Notes under the pieces: model-generated | Told to the model about the DNA's origin: nothing | What the model saw: only the letters and a program-made list of their open reading frames with translations | Databases searched by the model: none | NCBI GenBank assembly: GCA_964016885.1 | Contig: OZ024742.1 | Location: forward strand, 313,224,001 to 313,288,000 | Reading direction: 5' to 3' | Source: Eledone cirrhosa | Lineage: Eukaryota | Length of the DNA stretch: 64,000 nucleotides | Made by a program: the position numbers and the translations under genes | Part shown: positions 14,901 to 28,036 of the stretch, piece after piece | How the letters are laid out: every line of letters begins with the position of its first letter | Numbering within the stretch: position 1 is the stretch's first letter

Positions 14901-15067
14901 TCCCAGTCCACACTGTAAACGTGGTTGGTGTTAGGAATGGCAACCAGCCGTAGAAAACCCGCCAGATACTCCTATGCGAGCAGGACAACCAATCTTGCCT
15001 CAGGTGGGAAAACTCCCGTCCAAACCCATGCAAAGCGTGGAAGATGGACGTTAAATGATGATGATGA

Positions 15068-15070
<3 letters not shown>
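11990..15070 (+). mobile_element. 5'-truncated RTE-clade LINE (APE C-terminus + RT + PHD-like finger), degenerate, with 3' UTR and (ATG)n tail
   Basis: APE remnant (RNEEGSRILEFC..QVDYIL), RT motifs (NYRGIKL, QFGF, FVDLEKAFD, GVHQGS, LYADD, YLG), stops/frameshifts, tail GGACGTTAAATGATGATG. Confidence 0.92.
12679..14391 (+). pseudogene. RTE reverse transcriptase ORF remnant (570 aa) with internal PHD-like Cys/His cluster
   Basis: ORF track; upstream in-frame stops and a C-terminal frameshift. Confidence 0.9.
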
Positions 15071-15114
<44 letters not shown>

Positions 15115-15226
15115 GTTGAAATAAATGAAAACGAAATTTCATTTCTCACTCTTAGTACGGCACTTACTTAAATGTAAGTATGTGTGTATACGTACATACA
15201 TATATGTATACAGACGTACAGTAGCA

Positions 15227-15270
<44 letters not shown>

Positions 15271-15276
<6 letters not shown>

Positions 15277-15630
15277 CAGGTACACATACATATATGCACG
15301 TATCAGTTTAGCAGACGCTTATTATAACGCCGCTTTGTTCGTTTGTAAAAAACTGAACAGCCTGAATTTTTATGCCGTACGGTGTTAAGGCAACCACGTC
15401 ACCTTTTTGTTCAACACTGACACAGGAACGATGTACTAGTTTCAAGCTTGTTAGCTATCATCAGCACCGTATACCCATCTGCCAGATAGTTGAACGTTCG
15501 AAAGTATATACTTTCCTTATGAAAATTAACGGCTGAGCAGCCTAATTTGCATATCGAGTGAGCTAAGTCGGCGTTATAATAAGCGTCTGCTAAACTGATA
15601 CGTGCATATATGTATGTGTACCTGTATGTA
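15271..15630. mobile_element. Small fold-back element (62-bp inverted arms) enclosing an HHR and an octamer-containing motif
   Basis: 15271-15332 is the reverse complement of 15569-15630; sits in an (AT)n tract. Confidence 0.7.
15428..15470 (-). ncRNA. Minimal type-I hammerhead ribozyme motif
   Basis: ACGGTG-CTGATGA-T-AGCT-AACA-AGCT-T-GAAAC-TA-GTA-CATCGT: helix I 6 bp, palindromic helix III (ACTAGT), GUA site. Confidence 0.8.
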
Positions 15631-15787
15631 TATATGCATATATATATATATAGTATGCTAGGGAAAGGATCAGGGGTGTATAACACTCCACTTATCCAGC
15701 AGGCAGTATGAGGTTAGCTCAATGTCTGAGGACAGAACCGTAATATAATAAATAACAAAGAACGCTTATAGCATATGCATATCTTTA

Positions 15788-15839
15788 CTTGCTAACATTG
15801 TTTCATCCGCACTATAAGTGGGACTCATCAGAGCATAAA
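15788..15839 (-). ncRNA. Type-I HHR in 3' pLTR
   Basis: ATGCT-CTGATGA-GTCCCACTTATAGTGCGGAT-GAAAC-AAT-GTT-AGCA. Confidence 0.75.
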
Positions 15840-16107
15840 GGTTAATTACATACCATACAAGCAATAACAAATCCAAGACATTGAAGAATGAAAGGTAATA
15901 ATAGACGATAAAGGATAAGAATAAAAATAAAAGTAAAAATAAAAATAAAAATAAAAATAAAAATAAAAATAAAAATAAGGGGTGCTATCAGTCACAGTTG
16001 GGCGGGGTGCTGTCAACATATAGTTTCATACAAGCATACACATGGATAAGAGAACAGACAAGAGTAGACACATGGATAAGAGAACAGACAAGAGTAGATA
16101 AGATAAT

Positions 16108-16291
16108 TGTTTCTACTTTAGGCACAAGGCCAGCAATTACCCAGTGCATTACTGGTACTTTATTTTATCGACCCTGTAAGGATGAAAGGCAAAGTCAACC
16201 TCGGCGGGATTTGAACTCAGATCATAAAGGGACGTAATTATGCTGGAAAGCATGGCGTCCGACCCTCTACCGATACTGCCAATCCACCGCC
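16108..16291 (-). mobile_element. tRNA-derived SINE (second family) inserted in the 3' pLTR, 19-bp TSD
   Basis: TSD CAAGAGTAGATAAGATAAT at 16089-16107 and 16292-16310; empty site in the other pLTR near 21223; B-box GAGTTCAAATCC. Confidence 0.93.
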
Positions 16292-16617
16292 CAAGAGTAG
16301 ATAAGATAATGGGATTAGGTAAGAGTAGGTAAAAAATAGGTAAAAAATAGGTGAAAAACAGACTTATAATATATATAAATAAGAAAATATAAAGAAATAC
16401 AAAGAAATACATAACAAACTTACATATAAAATATAGGGTAAGGAATGAGATAAAATAATATAAAATTAAAATTAAAAATTATATACATAGAACATAATAT
16501 AATATAATCGTAAAATAAGATAAAATAAGGTAAACTAAAATCAAATAACATAGACTAAATTAAAATAATATAATATAAGATATAATTAAATGTATAATTA
16601 AATGTAATTAAATGTAA

Positions 16618-16685
<68 letters not shown>

Positions 16686-18235
16686 AAATTAAATAAATAA
16701 ATAAAATTTAAATTTAAATTTAAATAAATAAATAAATAAATAAATGGAGTCAAATAAGTAAATAAATAAAATTAGATAACATGAAATGAAATAAAATAAA
16801 ATAAAATGAAATAAAGTAAATTGAGATAAGATATATATTTTTTTAGAATATATCTCTTGAATATATCAGGGGCCCACGAAGGCACTAAGTGTCACAGTTA
16901 TGTGTATCACTTGACCAATTTTTTAAAATATATTTCTTGAAAACATCAGGGGCCCACGAAGGCACTAAGTGTCACAGTCACCAGTATCACTTGACCATTG
17001 CAAGGCAATGGAGGCGTCCCAGGTTGGGCAGTCTCGAAAGTTCACTCGAAAGTCATGGGTGTGCATTCACACAGTTGAGCGGTGGGGTAGTCACAAACCG
17101 GTTCACACACGGGCAGGAGTCCAATGGTCAGAGAGAGGTGCATCGAAGGAGGTAGAAGAATTCACGTGCATTAGCAAGCGAGGTGAGGCGGGTTAAAGCA
17201 AGCAGACACAGTTGTAGCGCATACAAAATATATATAAAAAGACAGAAGATATATAAAAAATAGCTTCAAGAGCCATTAAGTCACAGCATTGGGACATCAC
17301 AAGATTGTACACATCAATATGTTCAGCACGTATATGCACGTATACACACCACATGCATATGCAGAGACGGTATACATATATATATATATATATTTTTTAT
17401 ATATACAGACACATATAACCACCTACACCCATACACATATAAATGTATACACGGACACACACGCACACACACACAGCGTAGGACACCCGGGTCAAAGCCG
17501 ATATTAAACACCGAAATACCACATTAGACCAGACCCACCACCACAGGTAATATATTCAAAACAAATACATACGATGAGATGTAGTAAGATAAAGTTGAAA
17601 TCCTACGGAGATATTCATGTCTGCACGTGCCATTGACCGATTCGAGTGTACACAGACCGTTAGTAACTACGGAGGGCTATTGGGGCCAAAACGTTACTTT
17701 CGGGATCATAAAAACGACCGTCAATATATGGAAGGCCGATCGTGCTAGAAAGACTATAACCCCGGGTAAGAGCTCCCAGAGGTCAGCCTGTAGATCTTGA
17801 ACCACAGAATATGAGGGCAACACGTATATGCGCCACGTATCCACTGCTTACGGCGGGATGGCACGGGTCCGCCTACAGTTACAGGCTAAATTTCTACTAG
17901 TGCAGCCTAAATCGCAGTACACGCTTTACATAAATACATTACATCACAACTCATGCGCATACAGAGGTACAGATCAACAAGATATACGTCAGGATAGGTC
18001 CACCAATGCACTAATGGTGGGTAGGCCAGCGTGGATGGGTTACATCCACTGTGCCAAACAGGGGTGCTTATTAACATACACTCCCCTGCACACCCCAATA
18101 TCAAGATCAATATCCTCCCACAGGCATACGTATACATTCACAGACTCGTATACATAGACGACCAACAATAGGAGACAGTTACACACAGTCAGAGACAGTT
18201 ACACAAGACAGCCCAACTGGAGGAATAAGGAAGTG

Positions 18236-20726
18236 CTAGCTAACAGGTTTAAAGTAGAAGAAAGAGCTTAATATTCGGTGGGGGCAAGAGGAAAAAATTT
18301 CAGACTTTCTATTTAGTAGAGGGCATTTAGCAAATATAATAGAGTGGGATTCGGCAAGGCACAGGTTACATCCTCTACTATGAGGAGTATATGGATGGGA
18401 TTTAGCAACCTGCCGCCAAGTAAGTGTGTAAGGTGTTCGTGCATTTTTTAAATTATGGACGTACGCTGCCAAGGAGGTGGAGTTCCTCAGTTTATTATGT
18501 CTAAAAGTGCATTGATGAGAGTTAAACCTGGTCTTAAAGGGGGTGGAAGTTGATCCTATATAGGTCATAGTGGACGCCGTAGTTACCACATCACACGCAT
18601 AAACTATGTTTCTAACAAGGCAGAAACCATTCAGGGGGCAGCCTGAAGCCCTTCTACAGTTACAACCTCTGGTGATGCTATTCTCAGAAAGATCACCACC
18701 AGTGTTTCTGCCCACTCTATCCACTACCATGTTTTCCCCTAGGCTTAGGTTGTCCAGGCCTTCCTTTATTTTCTTATTATTAGTAATGGCCAGATGAGAG
18801 GCCAGATTTTGGGTTGTAGAATACGAAAGTTTAACAACATTCTTATTGAGGATAGAGTGGTACCTATTACCAGGAGGGAAGTTCCGTTCTAGCACAGAGA
18901 AGAAGGCCCTAGGAATATTTATAGCCACTTCAGAATTAAAAGGGGGGTTGAAGTATGTATTCAATCTTCTTCTATTCTTTTTATTCTTTCTATTTTCATC
19001 AGTATTATTAGCATTATTATTTCTACGGTTCCTATGCTCACCTAGTCTATGCGGGGAGCTGCGAGGCCTACCATTGCTATTACTTAGACTAATGGTGCCC
19101 TGCTGGTTCATTCCACCGGCATCTAGAAACCTCCCATTCACGACACCTCTATTGTTATTACTTAGACTAATGGTGCCCTGCTGTTTCATTCCACCGGCAT
19201 TTAGAACCCTCCCATTCGCGACACCTCGATTACCAATGGACATATTATGTGTTATAACAACACTGGTAGAGCTACTATTAGGACCAATATTTCCCTGGGT
19301 GTAATACAATTTGTCCCTAAAGCCGGATCTAGCTAAGGCGTCGTTATAGTAATCAGCCTGCGAGTCAAACGCCTCCTCACTATGTGAGAGTGAACTTATT
19401 CTGTTAGATACGCCCTTCAGTATACCGCTGATGACAGACCTAGGGTGGTTGGAGTTGGTATTCACGTAAGTCAGCAATTCATTGGGCTTATGGTACGGTG
19501 TGTACGTATGGTTATCCAAGTCCAGTGTAACATCTAGGAAGTTCACAGTTCTATCATTTACATCCATAGTAATGGATAGGTTAAATGTTTTAAAAAAGCT
19601 ATGCAGCTTTTTCCTAATGCGCACTATATTATACTTACTAGTATCTATGGAGAGTAGGGCGTCATCCCGGTACAACCCGCCCCTAAGGAAAGGGAAGTTA
19701 CTATGCAGTTCATTGAGGAGGTATAGTCCAACTAAGTCGGTGATTTGAGCAGAGTCACTCGACCCCATAGTAATGTCAAAATTATCAGGTGTGTTTTTTC
19801 TCGTCCATAGATTATCCTCAAACATGATAATGGTTTTACGTGCAGCGAGAACAATATCTATCTGTGGCCTAGTAATTGCCCCCCTCTGCATGGCTAGGAT
19901 GAGGGCCTTATTGAGGATAATAGGAGATATAGATGTATAATAAGCATCAATATCAAATTGGATGAATTTTAGTGAGTCACGACCACAATCCGTAGAGAAC
20001 CACGTAATGACCTCACTAGTGTTACCCCAAAGCTCAAGGAAAGTTTTTTCTCTAACCAGGGGAATAACTCTATCCAAGATTCCCTTACTAATAATCCCCA
20101 GGTCAGACTTGGAGGGGCAGATAAGCCTAACCGAGGGTCTGCTAATAAAATCTTCCTTGTGGTCCTTGAGGGTGAATCTAGGCTGCTTGGAGTAATAAGG
20201 CTGAGTGTGTTTATCCAGACCTAATTTTACCACTATGTTATACCCCTCCAGATTAATATTATCTAAATTACTCTGCGTTGTTTTTTTGTAGTTCCTATGT
20301 AGTTCATTATAAATGAAGCCTCGATAGGTTTTATAATCCATACTATATAAGTTTTTAGTTTTGTCAGAGGGGACCAGAATGGATTTATTATCCCTAAAGT
20401 CCCTAACGATTGAACTTAGTTTACTCTGAAATTTATTGGTACATCTAGATTTTTTATATCTAATATTCCTAACAAGGGATAATAGCTCACTTTCGAAGTT
20501 ATCCAACAGGCTATTATGCGGGGGGCTCCTATAGGTCTTAAATCCATAATTATTAAAACTACGCCTCTCCTCAGGGCTATCATACCTCCTATCAAAGTGG
20601 AACGCACGCCACCGAACACGTTTTACGAATGAGTTTATGCTAGTTATCAATGATTTCTCATATGAGATTTTAGGGGGGGGTGGGAATATTCTTCAAGGAA
20701 ATGGGTAAGTATGTCTTTGTTAGCAT
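18236..20726 (-). CDS. PLE RT-GIY-YIG protein; probable true start ATG at 20726 with a 1-nt frameshift in the G8 run at 20673-20680 (uninterrupted part 18236-20650, 804 aa)
   Basis: FVKRVRWRAFHF, PSDKTKNLY, FIQFDIDAYYTSI, FDITMGS, GLYRDD, NFLDVTLDL, SNHP, CNCx5CPLxGxC linker, YIGST..FKTRF..H, CNLCLAE. Confidence 0.9.
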
Positions 20727-20933
20727 ACTGCCTGATAATGTACAAGGACACAAATCCGCGTATATCAAAGTTTAAGCTCAACCAGTGGGAGCCGTATAGT
20801 ATGCTAGGGAAAGGATCAGGGGTGTATAACACTCCACTTATCCAGCAGGCAGTATGAGGTTAGCTCAATGTCTGAGGACAGAGCCGTAATATAATAAATA
20901 ACAAAGAACGCTTATAGCATATGCATATCTTTA

Positions 20934-20985
20934 CTTGCTAACATTGTTTCATCCGCACTATAAGTGGGACTCATCAGAGCATAAA
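20934..20985 (-). ncRNA. Type-I HHR in 5' pLTR
   Basis: Same sequence as the 15788-15839 motif. Confidence 0.75.
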
Positions 20986-21548
20986 GGTTAATTACATACC
21001 ATACAAGCAATAACAAATCCAAGACATTGAAGAATGAAAGGTAATAATAGACGATAAAGGATAAGAATAAAAATAAAAGTAAAAATAAAAATAAAAATAA
21101 AAATAAAAATAAGGGGTGCTATCAGTCACAGTTGGGCGGGGTGCTGTCAACATATAGTTTCATACAAGCATACACATGGATAAGAGAACAGACAAGAGTA
21201 GACACATGGATAAGAGAACAGACAAGAGTAGATAAGATAATGGGATTAGGTAAGAGTAGGTAAAAAATAGGTAAAAAATAGGTGAAAAACAGACTTATAA
21301 TATATATAAATAAGAAAATATAAAGAAATACAAAGAAATACATAACAAACTTACATATAAAATATAGGGTAAGGAATGAGATAAAATAATATAAAATTAA
21401 AATTAAAAATTATATACATAGAACATAATATAATATAATCGTAAAATAAGATAAAATAAGGTAAACTAAAATCAAATAACATAGACTAAATTAAAATAAT
21501 ATAATATAAGATATAATTAAATGTATAATTAAATGTAATTAAATGTAA

Positions 21549-21588
<40 letters not shown>

Positions 21589-21845
21589 AAATTAAATAAA
21601 TAAATAAAATTTAAATTTAAATTTTAAAATTAAAATTTAAATTTAAATTTAAATAAATAAATAAATAAATAAATGGAGTCAAATAAGTAAAGAAATAAAA
21701 TTAGATAACATGAAATGAAATAAAATAAAATAAAATGAAATAAAGTAAATTGAGATAAGATATATATATATATATTTTTTATATATATATATGCATGCTA
21801 CTGTACGTCTGTATACATATATGTATGTACGTATACACACATACT

Positions 21846-22297
<452 letters not shown>

Positions 22298-22301
22298 TAT
22301 A

Positions 22302-22385
<84 letters not shown>

Positions 22386-22394
22386 GTATATATG

Positions 22395-22424
<30 letters not shown>

Positions 22425-22428
<4 letters not shown>

Positions 22429-22893
22429 TAACAACTACAACAGCAGCTACAACTGTAATGACAACTACAACAACAACAAGTATAACAACTACTGGAACTG
22501 CAACAACTACAACAACAGCTAAAGCAAAAACAACTGCAACAACTACAAAAACAACCACAACTACTACAATAACAATAACAACTGCATCAAAATGTTGCTG
22601 TTGCCAATAACAACTGCTTGCCACCATTAGAGAGACCCAGTGTGTGTTTGTGTATCTGTGTGTGTATGTGAGTGTATCTTGTGTGTATGTGTGTGTGTGT
22701 GTTGTGATTTGTATGTGTCTGTACGTATGTGTGTATATGTATGCATGCGTATGTATGTGTGTATGTATGTGTGCATTTATGGGTGTCTGTAGCTGTGTAT
22801 ATGTATGTGTGTATATGTATGTGTGTGTATGTATATGTAAGTATGTGTTTGTGTGTGTATGTAAGTAAGTATGTATAGTGTGTGTGTGCATGT

Positions 22894-22938
<45 letters not shown>

Positions 22939-23070
22939 CATGTATGTGTGTATATAGGTATGCATGTACGTGTATGTAAATATGTGCGTCTGTATGTGTA
23001 TGTGTGTATATGTATGTGTGTATGTATGTGTATGTATATATATATGTGTATATGTGTGTATATATATAGA
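22425..23070. repeat. Degenerate (CAA)n followed by (TG/TA)n microsatellites
   Basis: Direct inspection. Confidence 0.9.
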
Positions 23071-23339
23071 TGCATACATGTTGATCCTGGCACCACAACC
23101 CATCTTAGTTCCCATTAGAAATGGTGCAAATGAGTCACTTGAGTAAATTCTTCAACTCCGAATGTCCACATTGGGAATGGTTGTTCTCTTATTAATGTAA
23201 AGGTTGAAAAGGGGGCGCAGTGGAGTTGGGGTTGAGGTTGAGGTGGGGATGCGGTTGGTGGGGAGAAGGGGGTAGGAGGGGTGGGCTGGCTTGTTACAGT
23301 TAACCTGTCAGAAACAGTCTGTGGATTCTAGAAGCTGAT

Positions 23340-25595
23340 GATTGTAATGGTGCTGGTGTTGTTGTGGTGGTGGTGGTGGTTGTTGTGGTGCTGGTGTTGT
23401 TGTAGTGGTGGTGGTGGTGGTTGTTGTGGTCGTGGTGGTGTTGTTGTGGTGCTGGTGTTGTTGTGGTGGTGGTGGTGGTTGTTGTGGTGCTGGTGTTGTT
23501 GTAGTGGTGGTGGTGGTGGTTGTTGTGGTCGTGGTGGTGTTGTTGTGGTGCTGGTGTTGTTGTAGTGGTGGTGGTGGTGGTTGTGGTGGTGGTTGTTGTT
23601 GTGGTGGTGGTGGTTGTTGTGGTGCTGGTGTTGTTGTTGTGGTGGTGGTGGTGGTTGTTGTGGTGCTGGTGATGTTGTTGTGGTGGTGGTGGTGGTGGTC
23701 GTCGTTGTGGTGGTGGTGGTGGTGGTTGTGGTGGTGGTTGTTGTTGTGGTGGTGGTGTTGTTGTTGTGGTGGTGGTGGTGTTGTTGTGGTGGTGGTGGTT
23801 GTGGTTGTGGTGGTGGTTGTTGTTGTTGTGGTGCTGGTGTTGTTGTTGTGATGGTGGTGGTGGTTGTTGTGGTGCTGGTGTTGTTGTTGTGGTGGTGGTG
23901 GTTGTGGTGGTGGTGGTGGTTGTTGTTGTGGTGGTGGTGGTTGTTGTGGTGCTGGTGTTGTTGTTGTGGTGGTGGTGGTGGTTGTTGTGGTGCTGGTGAT
24001 GTTGTTGTGGTGGTGGTCGTGGTGGTTGTGGTGGTGGTGGTTGTTGTGGTGGTGGTGGTGGTGGTTGTTGTGGTGCTGGTGTTGTTGTTGTGGTGGTGGT
24101 GGTTGTTGTGGTGCTGGTGTTGTTGTTGTGGTGGTGGTGGTGGTTGTTGTGGTGCTGGTGTTGTTGTTGTGGTGGTGGTGGTTGTTGTGGTGCTGGTGTT
24201 GTTGTTGTGGTGGTGGTGGTGGTTGTTGTGGTGCTGGTGTTGTTGTTGTTGTGGTGGTGGTGGTTGTTGTGGTGCTGGTGTTGTTGTTGTGGTGGTGGTG
24301 GTGGTTGTTGTGGTGCTGGTGTTGTTGTTGTGGTGGTGGTGGTGGTTGTTGTGGTGCTGGTGTTGTTGTTGTGGTGGTGGTGGTGGTGGTTGTGGTGGTG
24401 GTGTTGTTGTTGTGGTGGTGGTGGTTGTTGTTGTGGTGCTGGTGTTGTTGTGGTGGTGGTGGTGGTTGTTGTGGTGCTGATGTTGTTGTTGTGGTGGTGG
24501 TGGTGGTGGTTGTTGTGGTGCTGGTGTTGTTGTTGTTGTGGTGGTGGTGGTTGTTGTGGTGCTGGTGTTGTTGTTGTGGTGGTGGTGGTGGTGGTTGTTG
24601 TGGTGCTGGTGTTGTTGTTGTTGTGGTGGTGGTGGTTGTTGTGATGCTGGTGTTGTTGTGGTGGTGGTGGTGGTGGTTGTTGTGGTGCTGGTGATGTTGT
24701 TGTGGTGGTGGTGGTGGTTGTTGTGGTGCTGGTGTTGTTGTTGTGGTGGTGGTGGTGGTTGTTGTGGTGGTGGTGTTGTTGTTGTGGTGGTGGTGGTTGT
24801 TGTTGTGGTGCTGGTGTTGTTGTGGTGCTGGTGGTATTTGTTGTGGTGATGGTGTTGTGGTGGTGGTGGTGGTGGTGGTGTGGTGGTGGTGGTGGTACTG
24901 TTGTTGTTGTGGTGGTGGTGGTGGTACTGTTGTTGTTGTGGTGATGGTGTTTTGGTGGTGGTGGTGTGGTGGTGGTACTGTTGTTGTTGTGGTGATGGTG
25001 TTGTGGTGGTGGTGGTGGTGTGGTGGTGGTGGTGGTACTGTTGTTGTTGTTGTTGTGGTGGTGCTGTTGGTGTTGTTGTGGTGGTGCTGCTGGTGTTGTT
25101 GTGGTGATGGTGTTGTTGTGGTGGTGGTGTGGTGGTGGTGGTGGTACTGTTGTTGTTGTGGTGATGGTGTTGTGGTGGTGGTGGTGGTACTGTTGTTGTT
25201 GTTGTGGTGGTGGTGCTGTTGGTGTTGTTGTGGTGGTGCTGCTGGTGTTGTTGTGGTGATGGTGTTGTTGTGGTGGTGGTGTGGTGGTGGTGGTGGTGGT
25301 ACTATTGTTGTTGTTGTGGTGGTGGTGGTTGTTGTTGTGGTGATGGTGCTGCTGGTATTGTTGTGGTGATGGTGTTGTTGTGTTGGTGGTGATGCTGTTG
25401 TTGTGGTGGTGGTTTTGTGGTGATGGTGTTGTTGTGGTGGTGTTCTTGTTGTTGTGGTGTTGTTGTGGTGGTGGTGTTGTGGTGGTGTTGTTGTTGTTGA
25501 GGTGGTGGTGTTTTTGTTGTTTGTGGTGCTGCTGTTCATATTGTTGTTGTTGTAGTCGTTGTTGTTGTTGTTATGGTGGTGAAGGTGGTGGGTGG
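23340..25595. repeat. Compound (GGT)n/(TGT)n repeat with a ~40-bp higher-order unit marked by GGTGCTGGT
   Basis: Direct inspection; almost purely G+T on the + strand. Confidence 0.95.
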
Positions 25596-25786
25596 TTTGG
25601 CATTAGTGAACTGATTGATTAAGATGGTATGAGTGGCTATGATGTTGATGGTGATGATGATGAGGAGGAAATGGAAGAAATGGATGACAATGATGTGTAT
25701 ATATAGATATATGTGGATATATATATATATATGGATATATATATATATATATCCATATATATACATGGATATATATATATATATAT

Positions 25787-26665
25787 TGGAAAAAGTTCAG
25801 AGAGCTTATACCACTATTAGCCGCTAAAGGGTTCTCCCTAAAAACGAAAGGCAGGCTGTATGATGCCCGCATACGAACAGCAATGTTACATGGCAGTGAG
25901 ACCTGGGCATTGTGTGCAGAGGATATACGCAGACTAGAGAGGAACGAAGCTTGCATGCTCCGCTGGATGTGTAATAGTAATATACGTGAACGGCAAAGCA
26001 TAAACGAACTAAGGGAAAAATTAGAAATAAGAGGGATCAGATGTTGTTTACTCGAGAGAAGACTATGTTGGTATGGTCACGTGATGCGCATGAAAGACGA
26101 CAGCTGTATAAAAAAGTGCAGGGCAATAAAGATAGACGGTAGCCACGGAATAGGCAGACCCAGAAAAACCTGGGACGACCTGATAAATTCCGACCTCACA
26201 CACTTACACCTCTCCAAGACAATGTCACTGGACCGAGATCTTTGGCGGTACTCAGTAATAGAGAAGACCCGCCTTACTTAAATAAAAAGTAAAACCTACT
26301 GCAGTCAATAGGCATCTCTAACAAAATACACCCCCGTCCCACCACCCCCACCCCATCCACACCGCCCCTTTCAATGTAAAGTTATGTTGGTGCCACAACA
26401 TCCAGGCCGAAACAAATGAGATCGTGTAGGTGTCACGACAAAAAAAAACACACAGTCCACGCTGTAATGTGGCCGTGTAGGCAACACGGTAAAAACCTCC
26501 CAGTCCCACACTGTAAATGTGGTTGGTGTTAGGAAGGGCATCCAGCTGTAGAAAACCCGCCAGACAGTCCTATTCGAGCAACACAACCACTCTTGCCTCA
26601 AGTGGGAAAACTCCCGTCCAAACCCATGCAAGCGTGGAACATGGACGTTAAACGATGATGATGAT
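25787..26665 (+). mobile_element. 3' fragment of the PHD-RTE family (RT C-terminus + 3' UTR + tail)
   Basis: High similarity to 14050-15070 (MLHGSETWALCAEDIRRLERNE). Confidence 0.92.
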
Positions 26666-26819
26666 ATATATATATATATAATATATATGGATATATATAT
26701 ATATAGATATATATATATATTAAAGGAACGATCGACTTTCGTAAAATCGGACCGAGGGAACAATGTTTCCGTTGGTCTTTCCAATTGCTAATAATATCTA
26801 TCGGTCGCAACTCCAGGTA

Positions 26820-26940
26820 GAAGGAGCAACGTGAAATAAAGTGTCTTGCTCAAGGACATAACGCATCGCCTGGTCCAGGAATCGAACTCACAACCTTACG
26901 ATTGAGAATCCAATTCTCTAACCACTCAGCCACATGCCTT
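26820..26940 (-). mobile_element. SINE 5' fragment
   Basis: tRNA-like head plus CTTGAGCAAGACACTTTATTTCAC core on the minus strand. Confidence 0.75.
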
Positions 26941-27081
26941 GTGGTGCTGATATTGTTGTTGTCGATTGTCATAGTGCTGCTTGAAATAGTGGTGGTAGTG
27001 GTGATGCTGTTGTTGTTGTTGTTATATATATATGGATATATATATATATATCCATATATATATATATATGGATATATATAT

Positions 27082-27387
27082 ATCATCATCATCATCATCA
27101 TCATTTTACGTCCACTTTTCCCTGCTTGCAAGGGTGGGACGGGAACTGATTTTGGCTTGATTTCTACAGCTGGATGCCCTTCCTAACACCAATCTCATTT
27201 ACAGTGAGTGCTGGGTGCTTTTTTGCCGTGGCACCTCCACGACCACTTTGCAGTGGAATGATGAACTGGAGCAATGTGAAATAAAGTGTCTTGCTCAAGG
27301 AAAAAACACATCACCTGGTCTGAGAATTGAACTCACAACCTTTTGATTGCAAGCCCAATGGTCTAACCACTAAGCCATGTGCCTCCA
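27082..27387 (-). mobile_element. tRNA-derived SINE with RTE-type tail
   Basis: Reverse complement of the 22006-22297 family. Confidence 0.88.
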
Positions 27388-27456
27388 TATGGATATATAT
27401 ATATATATATATGGATATATATATATACATATATATGGATATATATATATATATAT

Positions 27457-27585
<129 letters not shown>

Positions 27586-27602
27586 TATATATATATATGG
27601 AG

Positions 27603-27639
<37 letters not shown>

Positions 27640-27647
27640 CCATATAT

Positions 27648-27784
<137 letters not shown>

Positions 27785-27930
27785 TATATATATATACCCG
27801 TCTAACCCATGCTAGCATAGAAGAACGGATGTAAAACGGTGATGATGATGTGATGATGATATGGATATATATATATATATGGATATATATATGGATATAT
27901 ATATATATATATATATGGATATATATATAT

Positions 27931-27981
<51 letters not shown>

Positions 27982-28036
27982 TATGTATATATATATCCAT
28001 ATATATATACATATATCCATATATATATATATATCC

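Larger units (their letters stand above)
15649..21780 (-). mobile_element. Near full-length Penelope-like element (Naiad-type) with direct pLTRs (~15649-16840 and ~20796-21765)
   Basis: RT + GIY-YIG ORF between two ~1-kb direct repeats, each with an HHR; (AT)n flanks. Confidence 0.92.

Noticed and set aside
18236-20650. Selenoprotein-type Naiad (in-frame UGA plus SECIS)
   Set aside because: The ORF has ordinary Cys codons and no in-frame UGA; no SECIS recognised
23308-25539. 743-aa T/P/Q/H/N-rich mucin-like ORF
   Set aside because: Translation of a trinucleotide repeat that is open in several frames
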